A stretch of DNA of 64,000 nt from a virus (taxonomy: Duplodnaviria; Caudoviricetes), in the IMG/VR virus record IMGVR_UViG_3300028048_000059, positions 64,001-128,000 of that record; one strand, 5' to 3'. The notes under the pieces were generated by a model that saw only the letters and a program-made list of their open reading frames with translations, made no database searches and was not told where the DNA came from. Below are positions 40,694 to 49,558 of this stretch, one piece after another; within the stretch, counting starts at the first letter, position 1; every line of letters starts with the position of its first letter. A program made the position numbers and the translations under genes.

Positions 40694-41230
40694 TTGTGTG
40701 ATAAATTTATTTACTTTTTCTTCCAATTGATTTATATCGCCATCATTAATGATGCAATAATCAAAAAAGGCGTTATCAAGCTCTGTTTCACTTATGTGTG
40801 TAAGTTGAGTATAAGTCATTAATGGATTTTCATATATACTACCATCTGGATTAAGGCGAGTGATGCGCACAGTAGTTACGTCATCGTTGTAACGCTCGAT
40901 TGCGGTTTTCTCGCTAAAAAAACGCCAGTCTGGAATAAGCGTATATGTGAAATCATTACTTGCGGCCGCCACAAACTCGCCAATAATGCGGCCCCAATAG
41001 AATTGATCGTATGTGCGCATCATGGTTGTCCCAATATATTGCAGAAGAGCGCGCCCATCTTTGTCTTTCTTTCCATCCCAATTATAAAAATCACGTGCAA
41101 ACCATTTAACTGGATCTGCAAAATGAATTGTTAAAACTTTTTCGCCGCGTTCTTCTAGTTGATTTTTCATTAGTGCGGCCGCGGCATCCTTTCCATGCTG
41201 GCTTTTTGCAGAAATTAAAATAGTTTTCAT
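40679..41230 (-). CDS. deoxynucleoside monophosphate kinase
   Basis: SAKSQHGKD, HFADPVK, R.LLQYIGT, PDWRF..E, HISETELD. Confidence 0.85.
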   Translation of the reverse strand: MKTILISAKSQHGKDAAAALMKNQLEERGEKVLTIHFADPVKWFARDFYNWDGKKDKDGRALLQYIGTTMMRTYDQFYWGRIIGEFVAAASNDFTYTLIPDWRFFSEKTAIERYNDDVTTVRITRLNPDGSIYENPLMTYTQLTHISETELDNAFFDYCIINDGDINQLEEKVNKFITQLTSK

Positions 41231-41427
41231 TCTTCTTTCAATGCCTCTAATCTCATATTAAAGTAAAAATCTACGAATTCTTTTTCTTCTTCGTTATAGC
41301 ATGAATCTCGATATTCTTTAATCATACGGATAGTATCAGCGGGATACTTTTGTTGTAACGCAAGATCAACCCAATATTTAAGTTGCTGCTTAATAAAATC
41401 GGGAATATCATTAAAAATTTCAGTCAT
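41227..41427 (-). CDS. hypothetical protein
   Basis: Coupled ORF. Confidence 0.6.
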   Translation of the reverse strand: MTEIFNDIPDFIKQQLKYWVDLALQQKYPADTIRMIKEYRDSCYNEEEKEFVDFYFNMRLEALKEE

Positions 41428-41761
41428 TTTTATGCTCCTTCTGATATTTGCTCAGTGCGTCGAAGAAAGCTTGCACTTCTTCTTTTGTCTCTAATTTGAG
41501 TTCGGCAACTGGTGTTGGCGGAACGCTTTCTTCTGCCGTTGGCGATGCAAAAATAAAATATTTTTCTGGCTCCCTATCTTCGCCTTCGATTGTATGCGTG
41601 AGGCGACTCGCAAGACAAATATTGCGATCTTTACTAAAAATTTTTGTTGCTTTGTGCCAACGATCTACTTGTACTTCTTTAACTTCACACTTGTTTAAAT
41701 TAAGGCCGCGCACAAAATATTTGTAATCTGCACGATCAACCTCATAAAGATTAACCATCAT
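41420..41761 (-). CDS. hypothetical protein
   Basis: Coupled ORF. Confidence 0.6.
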   Translation of the reverse strand: MMVNLYEVDRADYKYFVRGLNLNKCEVKEVQVDRWHKATKIFSKDRNICLASRLTHTIEGEDREPEKYFIFASPTAEESVPPTPVAELKLETKEEVQAFFDALSKYQKEHKND

Positions 41762-42269
41762 TTTTAATACCTCTCCAATTTAATTTTAGTTTTTCAGCCT
41801 CATTTTGCGCTAATGCGTCGCATCTTTCATTCCAAATTACTCCTGAGTGTCCGGGAATTTTACGGAATTCATACCAAAAATTATCGAAGAATGGTATTAA
41901 TTTGAACCATAATTCCATATTTGCAACTGGTACGCCTTTGGAATTATGCCACCCATTTTCAAGCCATTTTTTATACCATTTTTGTCCCCAACAATTTACT
42001 AAATAAGCTGAATCACTATATATAATAACTTTTTCAGAGGGGCGCCTAATTTTTTGGATATATTCCAAAGCATTTGCTACTGCGGTTAATTCCATGCGTT
42101 GGTTTGTTGCGCCGTATTCGCTATTACAATCTTGATGAATTATATTGCTGTCATATAAAACGATATAAGCCCAGCCGCCAAAACGCATAACTTGACCATA
42201 TTGTTTTGATGATCCGTCTGTATAAATTTCAATTGTAATAACACGTTCCTTGCTTCGTCTTTCTTCCAT
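41751..42269 (-). CDS. rnhA: ribonuclease HI
   Basis: YTDGS, TNQRMELTA, SDSAY, W..NGW, GHSG...NERCDALA. Confidence 0.92.
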   Translation of the reverse strand: MEERRSKERVITIEIYTDGSSKQYGQVMRFGGWAYIVLYDSNIIHQDCNSEYGATNQRMELTAVANALEYIQKIRRPSEKVIIYSDSAYLVNCWGQKWYKKWLENGWHNSKGVPVANMELWFKLIPFFDNFWYEFRKIPGHSGVIWNERCDALAQNEAEKLKLNWRGIKNDG

Positions 42270-42286
42270 AGACGCCCCTCCTTTAA

Positions 42287-42487
42287 TTACTTATCTTCCA
42301 ACTCGGGTAGACCAGCCACACTTGTTAATAGACTAAGAATGCCAGCTAGGATGGACGCAGATGCAACCATTACCCAATTTACTTCGGAAATTACTGCGCT
42401 TGTGCCAATTGTGGCTACGGCAGTTTGTGCTACGGTTTTAATGGCGCGAACACCTGCGGCCGCTAACCAACGTTTAAAATCGGTCAT
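42287..42487 (-). CDS. holin (r1t-like)
   Basis: AAGVRAIKTVAQTA...W....SASILAGILSLLTSVAGLPE. Confidence 0.85.
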   Translation of the reverse strand: MTDFKRWLAAAGVRAIKTVAQTAVATIGTSAVISEVNWVMVASASILAGILSLLTSVAGLPELEDK

Positions 42488-42499
42488 AATAATTCCTCC

Positions 42500-42958
42500 T
42501 TACTTCAAAAAACTATCAGTACGAATGAGTTCTTTGTATAACTCTACGATGTACGCATATTCTAATTCAAATACACCGTTTTCATCATTCGTATGTTCTA
42601 ATAGTCTGCGATATTTGGTGTTTAATGTAATGATATGATCAAATTCGTCTTTGGTATGTTTTCTGCCGTTGTGGCATGAATTAGCAAAATCTAAAATTTC
42701 CCAACGAATTCGATCTTTTTCGTTCTCTCGAACTTCTGTTTCTAGTTTTTTTAGGGAATTCGCTACACCATCGATTTTTCCGCAAGCATCACCTACAAGG
42801 ATTTTACCTGCCCATTTAATTAACGATGATAATGGATTCCACTTAATCGGCGTTATTTGTATAAAAATGGAAAGGAAAATAATTACTGTCCAAAGATTAT
42901 TCCCAATCCACTCCCACACTTGTTGCGCCGTCTGTGTGGTTGACATTTTTGTTTTCAC
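42500..42958 (-). CDS. membrane protein adjacent to the holin
   Basis: TM helix, IQITPIKWNP, RWEILDFAN...Y...NG. Confidence 0.7.
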   Translation of the reverse strand: MKTKMSTTQTAQQVWEWIGNNLWTVIIFLSIFIQITPIKWNPLSSLIKWAGKILVGDACGKIDGVANSLKKLETEVRENEKDRIRWEILDFANSCHNGRKHTKDEFDHIITLNTKYRRLLEHTNDENGVFELEYAYIVELYKELIRTDSFLK

Positions 42959-43033
42959 CTCGTTGTGAAGAGTGGAAGGGTGACCCTTCCCATAAATATG
43001 TGGTAAAGGTTTTGGAGATTCTTCTTAGTATAT

Positions 43034-43062
43034 ATTATAGCATAGATTTAGGGTGAAGTCAA
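43034..43062 (-). promoter_or_regulatory. sigma-A promoter
   Basis: TTGACT-17-TATAAT with TG. Confidence 0.85.
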
Positions 43063-45440
43063 GATAAAGGGTCCTTCATTGCTTCTTGTAGCTCAGTTAT
43101 TATATCAGCTAATCCTGCTAAAAAAGTTACATGTATACTAGTAATATTTGGGTTAGTTGCTTTTGTATATACATCTTCCCAACGTTTCTGTAAATCTTTA
43201 ATATCTTTATTAATTAAGCCGGGGTTTGCAGTAGCACGAATGCGAACACCGTCTTTATTTGAATCTGCTTTGCCTTCCACTGTTGACATAACTTTTGTTA
43301 AACGGTCATAGACTCGTTGTAGAATATATGACCCTGGAAAGTAAATGCCATTTAATTCATATATATGTATAATTTTAGCAGTAACAAAAGTTTTTGATCT
43401 GCTGCTTATTTGTATATGAGCTTTCCATGTGTTTGCTATTTGTCCTATTTCAGCTCCGCCTTCATCAAAAATTGCAAAAGATCCTAATAAACTTAAATAT
43501 TTTTCTATTGGATCTTTTAACTCTTCGCCATGCGTAAATCTAGAACAATTAATTACGGCAGTATATAACCATTCATGTAAGTTATCACTAAACGGCACTC
43601 CTGCTTGTTCAAATATTTTTGCAAAATTATCGATTTGTGCAAAGATATTTGGTCCCAAAGATCCAGCAACAAAACCAATATCTGGGTTATATTGTGTGAA
43701 ATTTTTTGCGGTGCCTGTTACTAAGATAGTTTTTTCCAAAAAATCTTTAAAGTCTTTTAATGGATTATCGCTAGACTCTCTCGTAGATGTATATGTATCA
43801 TACATTTTTTGTAGTCCTTGTTGTAGAGCTACCATACCATTTGCAATATTGAATTGTGCTGTTGCTTTTTTTGAAGTTGAATTGACATTTGGATCAATTG
43901 GAGTTAAAAGCTGCGCGTTAAAAGCATCGGTAAAATTTTCTAGGATTCGTTGCTGCATTCTTTGAATAGTGCGTGGATCTCCACCATCGATATCAACAGA
44001 TGTTATTAAATTTAAAAAATCTGCTCTACGATTTGCATTATGTGGAACCACGCCTGCGGCGCCAAGTGCCATTTGTACTAATGCACTAATATCCTCAATT
44101 ATTGACCATTTTTGAACTGTAAATTTTGCTTTGTAGCCGCGCACCCAAAAATATTCATCTGTTGGATTGTTTGAAATTACTTGTCTAGCCAATCGTGATA
44201 AAGAATTTTTAAAATTTTTAATAGATTTTTTTAGAGCCTCTATATCTGTTGGTTTTGATGTATTTGATAAGTCTTGTTGAGCCTTTTTTATTTCATTAAT
44301 TAATTTTTGCATTTGTGTGACTCCACTATTAACATCGTTTATCGTTTTATTTATTACGTTTCCTTTTTTATCTAAAACTTGAATTGTAAAAGTGTGGTTT
44401 ATAATTTTTTGTATAAACGGATCTTTTTCACATGCAAGTATTATATCAGCTGCGCCTTCGAATAACGAAGACGTCGCGCTGTGTCCTGAATAATTATAAT
44501 CTTGTCCATAAATCATATCTGGTAAAATATTCAATATTTTTGGTGTAATAGCAAATAAATCATCAATTAATTTTTCCCCACGCTGCTGTATTGACGGATT
44601 ACTGCTAGCATCTTTTATTATAGTTGAAATATCATCTTTTAATTTTTGTTCTAAATAGGTAATAAAACGACTACTGTCTACGAAATCTAAAAATTGATAT
44701 TGATAATTTTGTATTGCTCGCATTAATCCTTTTTTAACATTATCTGCTACTAATGCGCTAACTTCTGGTTTTAAATCTTTAAAATAATCTTCAATTTGTT
44801 CTACCCCACTATATCCATGACTACGTAAGTATTCTTCTTCAAAAAAAGATGGGTCTAACGTCCCATCTTTTGTTAAATAACGATTATATCTTCTATTTGT
44901 TCTAGTTTTCTTATATCCATTTTTTTCTCCTTTTGTAGAGAACTGTTCGAAATGTGCATTTCGTATTTGTGTTAATATATCTTTTAAACTTTCCTGGCGA
45001 TCTTTTTCATATTTTAATATCGCATCATAGTTATCTTGGCCTTGTAATAAAAGATTTAATATATTGATAAAATCTGGATAATTAAAAGAGCTATCATCTT
45101 TAAAGAGCGCGTTAAGCTGCACGATTAAACCGTCTACGAAATCTGCATAACGTTCGTCTTGTTTTAATGTTTTTGCACGATCAATGAGTTGAACGACATA
45201 CTCTCTTTCAATTGATTTCTCTGTCTCAACAGATTGTTTTAACAATTCAAGAGCTTTGGTTACATTATTTGCTTCTTTTGGTTGACCGACGCCAAAAAAA
45301 CCAGTTCCAGAGCTGAGAAGGCCCTCTTTATTTTTAATTCTTGTGCTAAAAAAGCTCATTTTATTTACATCAGATTGTACCTCTTCTTTTTTAAAATAAT
45401 CATCTAGACTATCAAAATATACATATCTAGGAGTAGACAT
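43059..45440 (-). CDS. large hypothetical protein (793 aa)
   Basis: Long ORF with GGGGGTG RBS; no motif recognised. Confidence 0.75.
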   Translation of the reverse strand: MSTPRYVYFDSLDDYFKKEEVQSDVNKMSFFSTRIKNKEGLLSSGTGFFGVGQPKEANNVTKALELLKQSVETEKSIEREYVVQLIDRAKTLKQDERYADFVDGLIVQLNALFKDDSSFNYPDFINILNLLLQGQDNYDAILKYEKDRQESLKDILTQIRNAHFEQFSTKGEKNGYKKTRTNRRYNRYLTKDGTLDPSFFEEEYLRSHGYSGVEQIEDYFKDLKPEVSALVADNVKKGLMRAIQNYQYQFLDFVDSSRFITYLEQKLKDDISTIIKDASSNPSIQQRGEKLIDDLFAITPKILNILPDMIYGQDYNYSGHSATSSLFEGAADIILACEKDPFIQKIINHTFTIQVLDKKGNVINKTINDVNSGVTQMQKLINEIKKAQQDLSNTSKPTDIEALKKSIKNFKNSLSRLARQVISNNPTDEYFWVRGYKAKFTVQKWSIIEDISALVQMALGAAGVVPHNANRRADFLNLITSVDIDGGDPRTIQRMQQRILENFTDAFNAQLLTPIDPNVNSTSKKATAQFNIANGMVALQQGLQKMYDTYTSTRESSDNPLKDFKDFLEKTILVTGTAKNFTQYNPDIGFVAGSLGPNIFAQIDNFAKIFEQAGVPFSDNLHEWLYTAVINCSRFTHGEELKDPIEKYLSLLGSFAIFDEGGAEIGQIANTWKAHIQISSRSKTFVTAKIIHIYELNGIYFPGSYILQRVYDRLTKVMSTVEGKADSNKDGVRIRATANPGLINKDIKDLQKRWEDVYTKATNPNITSIHVTFLAGLADIITELQEAMKDPLS

Positions 45441-45472
45441 TTTTTCACCCCCTTAACAAAAAAAACGTCCGC

Positions 45473-45721
45473 TTAGCGGACGTCATGTTCATGAAAAAAT
45501 TTTAGCAAATTAGCTTCATCTGTGGCGAATTGACAGAAAACTTCATAATCGCTGCCATGATCTTCGCAAAGTCTTCCTAGCGCAATATACTGGCTAAGTT
45601 GTGACTTCAAGTTAAATTCTTCTGTCCCGTCGTTCTTCCTTAGCCACACATCGCCATGGCAACTTAGCACTGCCTTTCGAAAAGCGTCTAAATCTTGGAT
45701 ATTCTTTAAAAACCTGCTCAT
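45473..45721 (-). CDS. HPr-fold-like small protein
   Basis: F..AV..C.GDVWL...FNLKS pattern; no HPr His15. Confidence 0.55.
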   Translation of the reverse strand: MSRFLKNIQDLDAFRKAVLSCHGDVWLRKNDGTEEFNLKSQLSQYIALGRLCEDHGSDYEVFCQFATDEANLLKFFHEHDVR

Positions 45722-45996
45722 AGAATAACATCCCTCACAATTCGCGCATAATGAAGATCATCCATCTTTTGATAGGTGTCCCATTCGACCATATCATCGG
45801 TTAGCTCTTGTACGCCAGCCCAATCAAAAAGCATTCCATAGTAACTATATAGGAAATGCCCATTAACTAAGTCATAATAAATAATACCACCGGGAAAACG
45901 TGCTTCTAGAATTTTTGCAAAATAATAGCAATTACCAGTTAGCCACATATCCTCCTCGGGAAAACGCCGCTTAATAAAATCTAATACTTCTACCAT
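45718..45996 (-). CDS. hypothetical phage protein
   Basis: GNCYYFA.IL..RF...GHF...FDWAG. Confidence 0.6.
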   Translation of the reverse strand: MVEVLDFIKRRFPEEDMWLTGNCYYFAKILEARFPGGIIYYDLVNGHFLYSYYGMLFDWAGVQELTDDMVEWDTYQKMDDLHYARIVRDVIL

Positions 45997-45997
45997 A

Positions 45998-47146
45998 TCA
46001 AATCTCCGTAATACCATCAATAATTAGAGCAAAACTGGGTGCAGATTGTAGTTCAGACTCATGGAAATAGCCATCATAAACATATGGAGCATATTCCTCG
46101 TCCTCTGCAATAATTTCTTCCATTGTCTTACCGCCAACAGTAAATGTGGAAGTATCAAATACATGTAGCGAGCCATCCATAATTGCTCCTTCTACTTCTG
46201 CAACCTTTTCAGCAGTACCTTCTGCAATAACATTCTCATTTAGCTCAGTAATATGTACCGCGCCATCAATATAGCCTTGGCACCAATCGGTAGCAATGGG
46301 CTCACCTTCGATTACGCACTGAACCGCATAGGTATAATATGGCGCCCAATCAATGGCGGCCGAAGTAAGTGAGGTGGTTGGCGCGACAGAATTCATCGAC
46401 ACATTATAACCTACACATGGTACACCTGCGGCCTCACATGCAGTTGGCGCGCCGGTAGTATCGGCATGCTGGCTAATAAGTACGCATCCTTGCGCAATAA
46501 GAGCCTCGGCGGCTTCCTTTTCAAGATCAAATGATGCCCAACTACCAGTATACTTAACAATCATAGTTGCGCAAGGGCACTGCGAACGCACGCCAAGGAA
46601 AAATGCAGTAAAGCCGCTAATAACTTCTGCATATGGATGCGCCCCAACATAACCAATAAGGCAATTATCTTCTGTTACCTTACCGTCAGCAATCATTTCA
46701 GCAAGTTTCATACCTGCTACTACACCAGACACATAACGAGACTCGTGTACAGAGGTAAAATAATTATGGAAATTTGGGATATTAGCTAGCGCCGCATTAA
46801 ATCCAGTAGCATGACAAAATTCAACGTCTGGATATTCATATGCCGCATTCAGTAGGTAGCTTTCGTGGCCAAATGAATTAGCAAATACAATATCACATCC
46901 ACCATCTACTAGGTCAATTGCAGCATCATAACATGCTTCTGTTTCTGGAACTAGCCACTTTGTAACAAGTTGGTCGTCAGTTAGTCCTAGGGCCTCTTGC
47001 ATTTCTAGCGCGCCATTATAGTGCGCGGCGGTATATCCTTCATTTTCGTCTCCGACAAAAATAAAACCTACACGCACATTGGGAGCAGCGAAAGCAACAT
47101 TAAAAGTTAGTAGAGAAATGAGAAATAGTACGACAATCTTCTTCAT
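45998..47146 (-). CDS. BMP-family (PnrA-like) ABC substrate-binding protein
   Basis: VGFIFVGD..EGY..AH, ANSFGH, HATG, YVSGVVAG, SQHAD, DWAPYY; signal peptide. Confidence 0.9.
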   Translation of the reverse strand: MKKIVVLFLISLLTFNVAFAAPNVRVGFIFVGDENEGYTAAHYNGALEMQEALGLTDDQLVTKWLVPETEACYDAAIDLVDGGCDIVFANSFGHESYLLNAAYEYPDVEFCHATGFNAALANIPNFHNYFTSVHESRYVSGVVAGMKLAEMIADGKVTEDNCLIGYVGAHPYAEVISGFTAFFLGVRSQCPCATMIVKYTGSWASFDLEKEAAEALIAQGCVLISQHADTTGAPTACEAAGVPCVGYNVSMNSVAPTTSLTSAAIDWAPYYTYAVQCVIEGEPIATDWCQGYIDGAVHITELNENVIAEGTAEKVAEVEGAIMDGSLHVFDTSTFTVGGKTMEEIIAEDEEYAPYVYDGYFHESELQSAPSFALIIDGITEI

Positions 47147-47241
47147 AAGGTTCTCCTTTTTTATATAAATTGCCGCAGTTAAACGTCGCGGCTTACGCGC
47201 TCCCCAAGGTACGCATTGTTAAGAGGCGTGGGCAAGTCTAT

Positions 47242-47315
47242 TGGCTGGGGACGAAGGAATTGAACCTTCACGCTTCGGGTCAAAGCCGAATGCCCTCCCA
47301 TTAGGCTAGTCCCCA
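47242..47315 (-). tRNA. tRNA-Gln(UUG)
   Basis: Cloverleaf, TTCGG-CT TTG AC-CCGAA, GGTTCAATTCC, CCA. Confidence 0.9.
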
Positions 47316-47319
47316 TTGT

Positions 47320-47390
47320 TGGTGGCGAGGATAGGATTCGAACCTCGTGCTTATTAGGCACGCGAGCTGACTACATGCTCAATCCTCGCG
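47320..47390 (-). tRNA. degenerate initiator-like tRNA, anticodon AAU, shortened variable/T-stem junction
   Basis: CGCGAGG...GAGC/GCTC D-stem, CGTGC-CT AAT AA-GCACG, AGG TTCGAAT CCT, ACCA. Confidence 0.55.
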
Positions 47391-47709
47391 ATATGCAGAC
47401 GGTTTTTCCACAGCATATAGTGAGGAAGTACCGACAAACCCCGATGCATCGTGAGCGCAATTATTAGTCTTTCACCCAGATTTTCACTGGGACTACCTAC
47501 TGCGTATCGCTCAGCCGCCACAGTGCCAGAGACTTCTTTTTTGGGTTCTAACGCGACCCGTGGTGAGGATCTGTGCAGGCAATCTCCACGAAGACGGTTG
47601 GTTCTTTTATATACCGCATCTCTAACTACGGTTCCTAACCTGCCCTCTATTGACTTACCATACTGGCAGGTCGCAAAGACAGCGAAGGGATTAAATGCCC
47701 TATTGGGCA
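47391..47709 (-). ncRNA. unclassified structured RNA between tRNA-Lys and the degenerate tRNA
   Basis: GC-richer stretch with many stems (TGCCC/GGGCA, CCTGCC/GGCAGG, ACCGTA/TGCGGT, CGTGG/CCACG, TAGTC-CCAG/CTGG-GACTA, TGAGCG/CGCTCA). Confidence 0.55.
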
Positions 47710-47784
47710 TGGTGGGAGCACGGGTACTCGAAACCCGAAGGGCAGATTAAAAGTCTGTAATGTTTCCTATTACATCATACTCCC
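47710..47784 (-). tRNA. tRNA-Lys(UUU)
   Basis: CAGA-CT TTT AA-TCTG, TTCGAGT T-loop, GGGAGTA/TGCTCCC, CCA. Confidence 0.85.
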
Positions 47785-47804
47785 ATAGAAAATAATAACT
47801 TATT

Positions 47805-48113
47805 TTACACACCCATCATGCAATTATTGCAAATTGGTAGAATCCATCCGGTTGTATAGTGAGCCGCAGGTGCGCCGCATTTTACACAAACTTTTCCACT
47901 CTTACTTTCGTACCGCTCTTCGATAGCTTCGATGGCAGAAAAGCAACCAGTTGCGCACTCACTATATACACGCATTTGTCCCCACTTCTCTTTTAGCTCT
48001 ATGATACGATAAGTAGGGTCGGCCGCCATGCATTCGTCAATCATAGCTTTTGCAAGTGAATGCCAACCATCTGGTAGTAGTTCAATCCATTCATAATTAC
48101 TCATTTCTTCCAT
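47805..48113 (-). CDS. conserved phage protein
   Basis: PDGW...KEKWGQMRVY...C.KCG...GWI..IC..C. Confidence 0.7.
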   Translation of the reverse strand: MEEMSNYEWIELLPDGWHSLAKAMIDECMAADPTYRIIELKEKWGQMRVYSECATGCFSAIEAIEERYESKSGKVCVKCGAPAAHYTTGWILPICNNCMMGV

Positions 48114-48535
48114 TCGCTTACCTCAATTCCATGCTCACAAAGCCATTGTTGAATTATACGTCTCTCACTACATGGATTTTGCGGAGTTTCATACACTAAG
48201 AATGCAAAATCTACATGTGATAAATTTTCTTCTTGTTTAATTTGTTCTTCTAAGCGCGATAAATTTGTAATAAATTTTTGAAAATCAATTTTATCCAATT
48301 GCTTCTTATAAGCAATTAAAAATTGACAATCATTTGGATGCTTTGGATTACATTTACCATTACACAATCCATCACAACTATGTCCCGGTTTAAGCGGCGG
48401 ACAGTCAATCCATAGCGCGCCATTTTTATCGCGGCCCTTTTGGAGCCACTTAGGATTCCAAACTGCGGTTGAACATCCTACCAACGTTGGCGGAAAATTT
48501 CTTAATTGAGCAAAATATGATGTATATAATTTCAT
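48101..48535 (-). CDS. DUF488-like protein
   Basis: LYTSYFA...P.W...L.P...YE.P...CSER..I..WL. Confidence 0.6.
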   Translation of the reverse strand: MKLYTSYFAQLRNFPPTLVGCSTAVWNPKWLQKGRDKNGALWIDCPPLKPGHSCDGLCNGKCNPKHPNDCQFLIAYKKQLDKIDFQKFITNLSRLEEQIKQEENLSHVDFAFLVYETPQNPCSERRIIQQWLCEHGIEVSEWKK

Positions 48536-48544
48536 AATCGATGC

Positions 48545-49126
48545 GAAAATACCCGTCTTAATAAAATCATTGCGGCCTTCGCCATACTTGTATTATTCTT
48601 CTAACATATTCAGTCACGTTGCAGATAGAGGCTGAGCAACAGGTGATCGGCCTGCACTTCTCTACCCTTTGAACCAACGAGGAGGTTGCTTACTCCCAAA
48701 TTTCACCCGAACCATTCAGCAAATAACGCAAAATGCGCAACTTATTATACTACTTTCTCGCTGCTTTGGGCTACTTTCACCCCAAACCTTACTTATAGAC
48801 CATTTCTGGCTTTCAACAGCAAAAACATCTTATGGATTTTCTTGAGTTTGATACAGTCTCCGGCTAAACCCTTATCAAGATTCAGTCTACGCTTTTAACG
48901 CCTGACTTCTATTATGATGCCGTAAGGAATGGTACTTTTGTTAGCGAATAACCAAGCGCATGCTCATAACATTAGAAATTTCTTCCTATCGCTCATCATC
49001 GCTGATTTTGCGGCCGCGTTAAGTAAGTATCCCAACCTAACGTATGGCTGTTTTGCGAGCATCCTAAGCAGTGTGGTTAGCACTTCTGCACTTAGTTCAA
49101 TCATTTTATTAAGACGAGTATTTTCA
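48545..49126 (-). ncRNA. large ornate ncRNA, ROOL-like (~582 nt)
   Basis: 28-bp terminal inverted repeat closing a 580-nt ORF-free region, internal GCCATAC/GTATGGC pairing, own sigma-A promoter, phage tRNA neighbourhood. Confidence 0.65.
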
Positions 49127-49147
49127 TCCTCTCTTTGTTATGTATTT

Positions 49148-49176
49148 ATTATACCATAAATTTTAAATAAAGTCAA
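49148..49176 (-). promoter_or_regulatory. sigma-A promoter of the large ncRNA
   Basis: TTGACT-17-TATAAT with TG. Confidence 0.85.
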
Positions 49177-49400
49177 CTCTTTTTTGTAATAAATTTCATC
49201 TCAATTTTAGTTCCCCCTGGAATATCAAAATCAGAGAAATAATCTGGTGGAAGCTCACAAATAATACTGGAACCTTCGATATTGAATCTATTACAATACT
49301 TTTCAAAACCGTTGCCAATAAGAGTTTTCATTAGCCACTTGTGAATAGATTTAATAAACTCAGTCTTAGTGGCGGCCGCAGTAAGAACTTTCTTTTCCAT
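49173..49400 (-). CDS. hypothetical protein
   Basis: ORF behind its own promoter. Confidence 0.6.
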   Translation of the reverse strand: MEKKVLTAAATKTEFIKSIHKWLMKTLIGNGFEKYCNRFNIEGSSIICELPPDYFSDFDIPGGTKIEMKFITKKS

Positions 49401-49424
49401 ACTCTATCCCCTTTCAACATATTT

Positions 49425-49453
49425 ATTATAACATAATTTTTATTTAAAGTCAA
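49425..49453 (-). promoter_or_regulatory. sigma-A promoter
   Basis: TTGACT-17-TATAAT. Confidence 0.8.
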
Positions 49454-49458
49454 ATATT

Positions 49459-49533
49459 TGGAGCCACAGACCGGAGTCGAACCAGTAACCTAATCATTAC
49501 AAGTGATTTGCGCTGCCATTGCGCCACTGTGGC
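49459..49533 (-). tRNA. tRNA-Thr(UGU)
   Basis: AATCA-CT TGT AA-TGATT, GGTTCGACTCC, CCA. Confidence 0.92.
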
Positions 49534-49558
49534 ATAGAATGCGGGATGGGCCCGCATT

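Noticed and set aside
47179-47750. ORFs 47179-47361, 47354-47710 and 47451-47750
   Set aside because: They overlap tRNA genes and structured RNA, and lack an RBS or recognisable protein features
48686-49159. Plus-strand ORFs 48686-48898 and 48929-49159
   Set aside because: Antisense to the promoter-driven large ncRNA; no RBS
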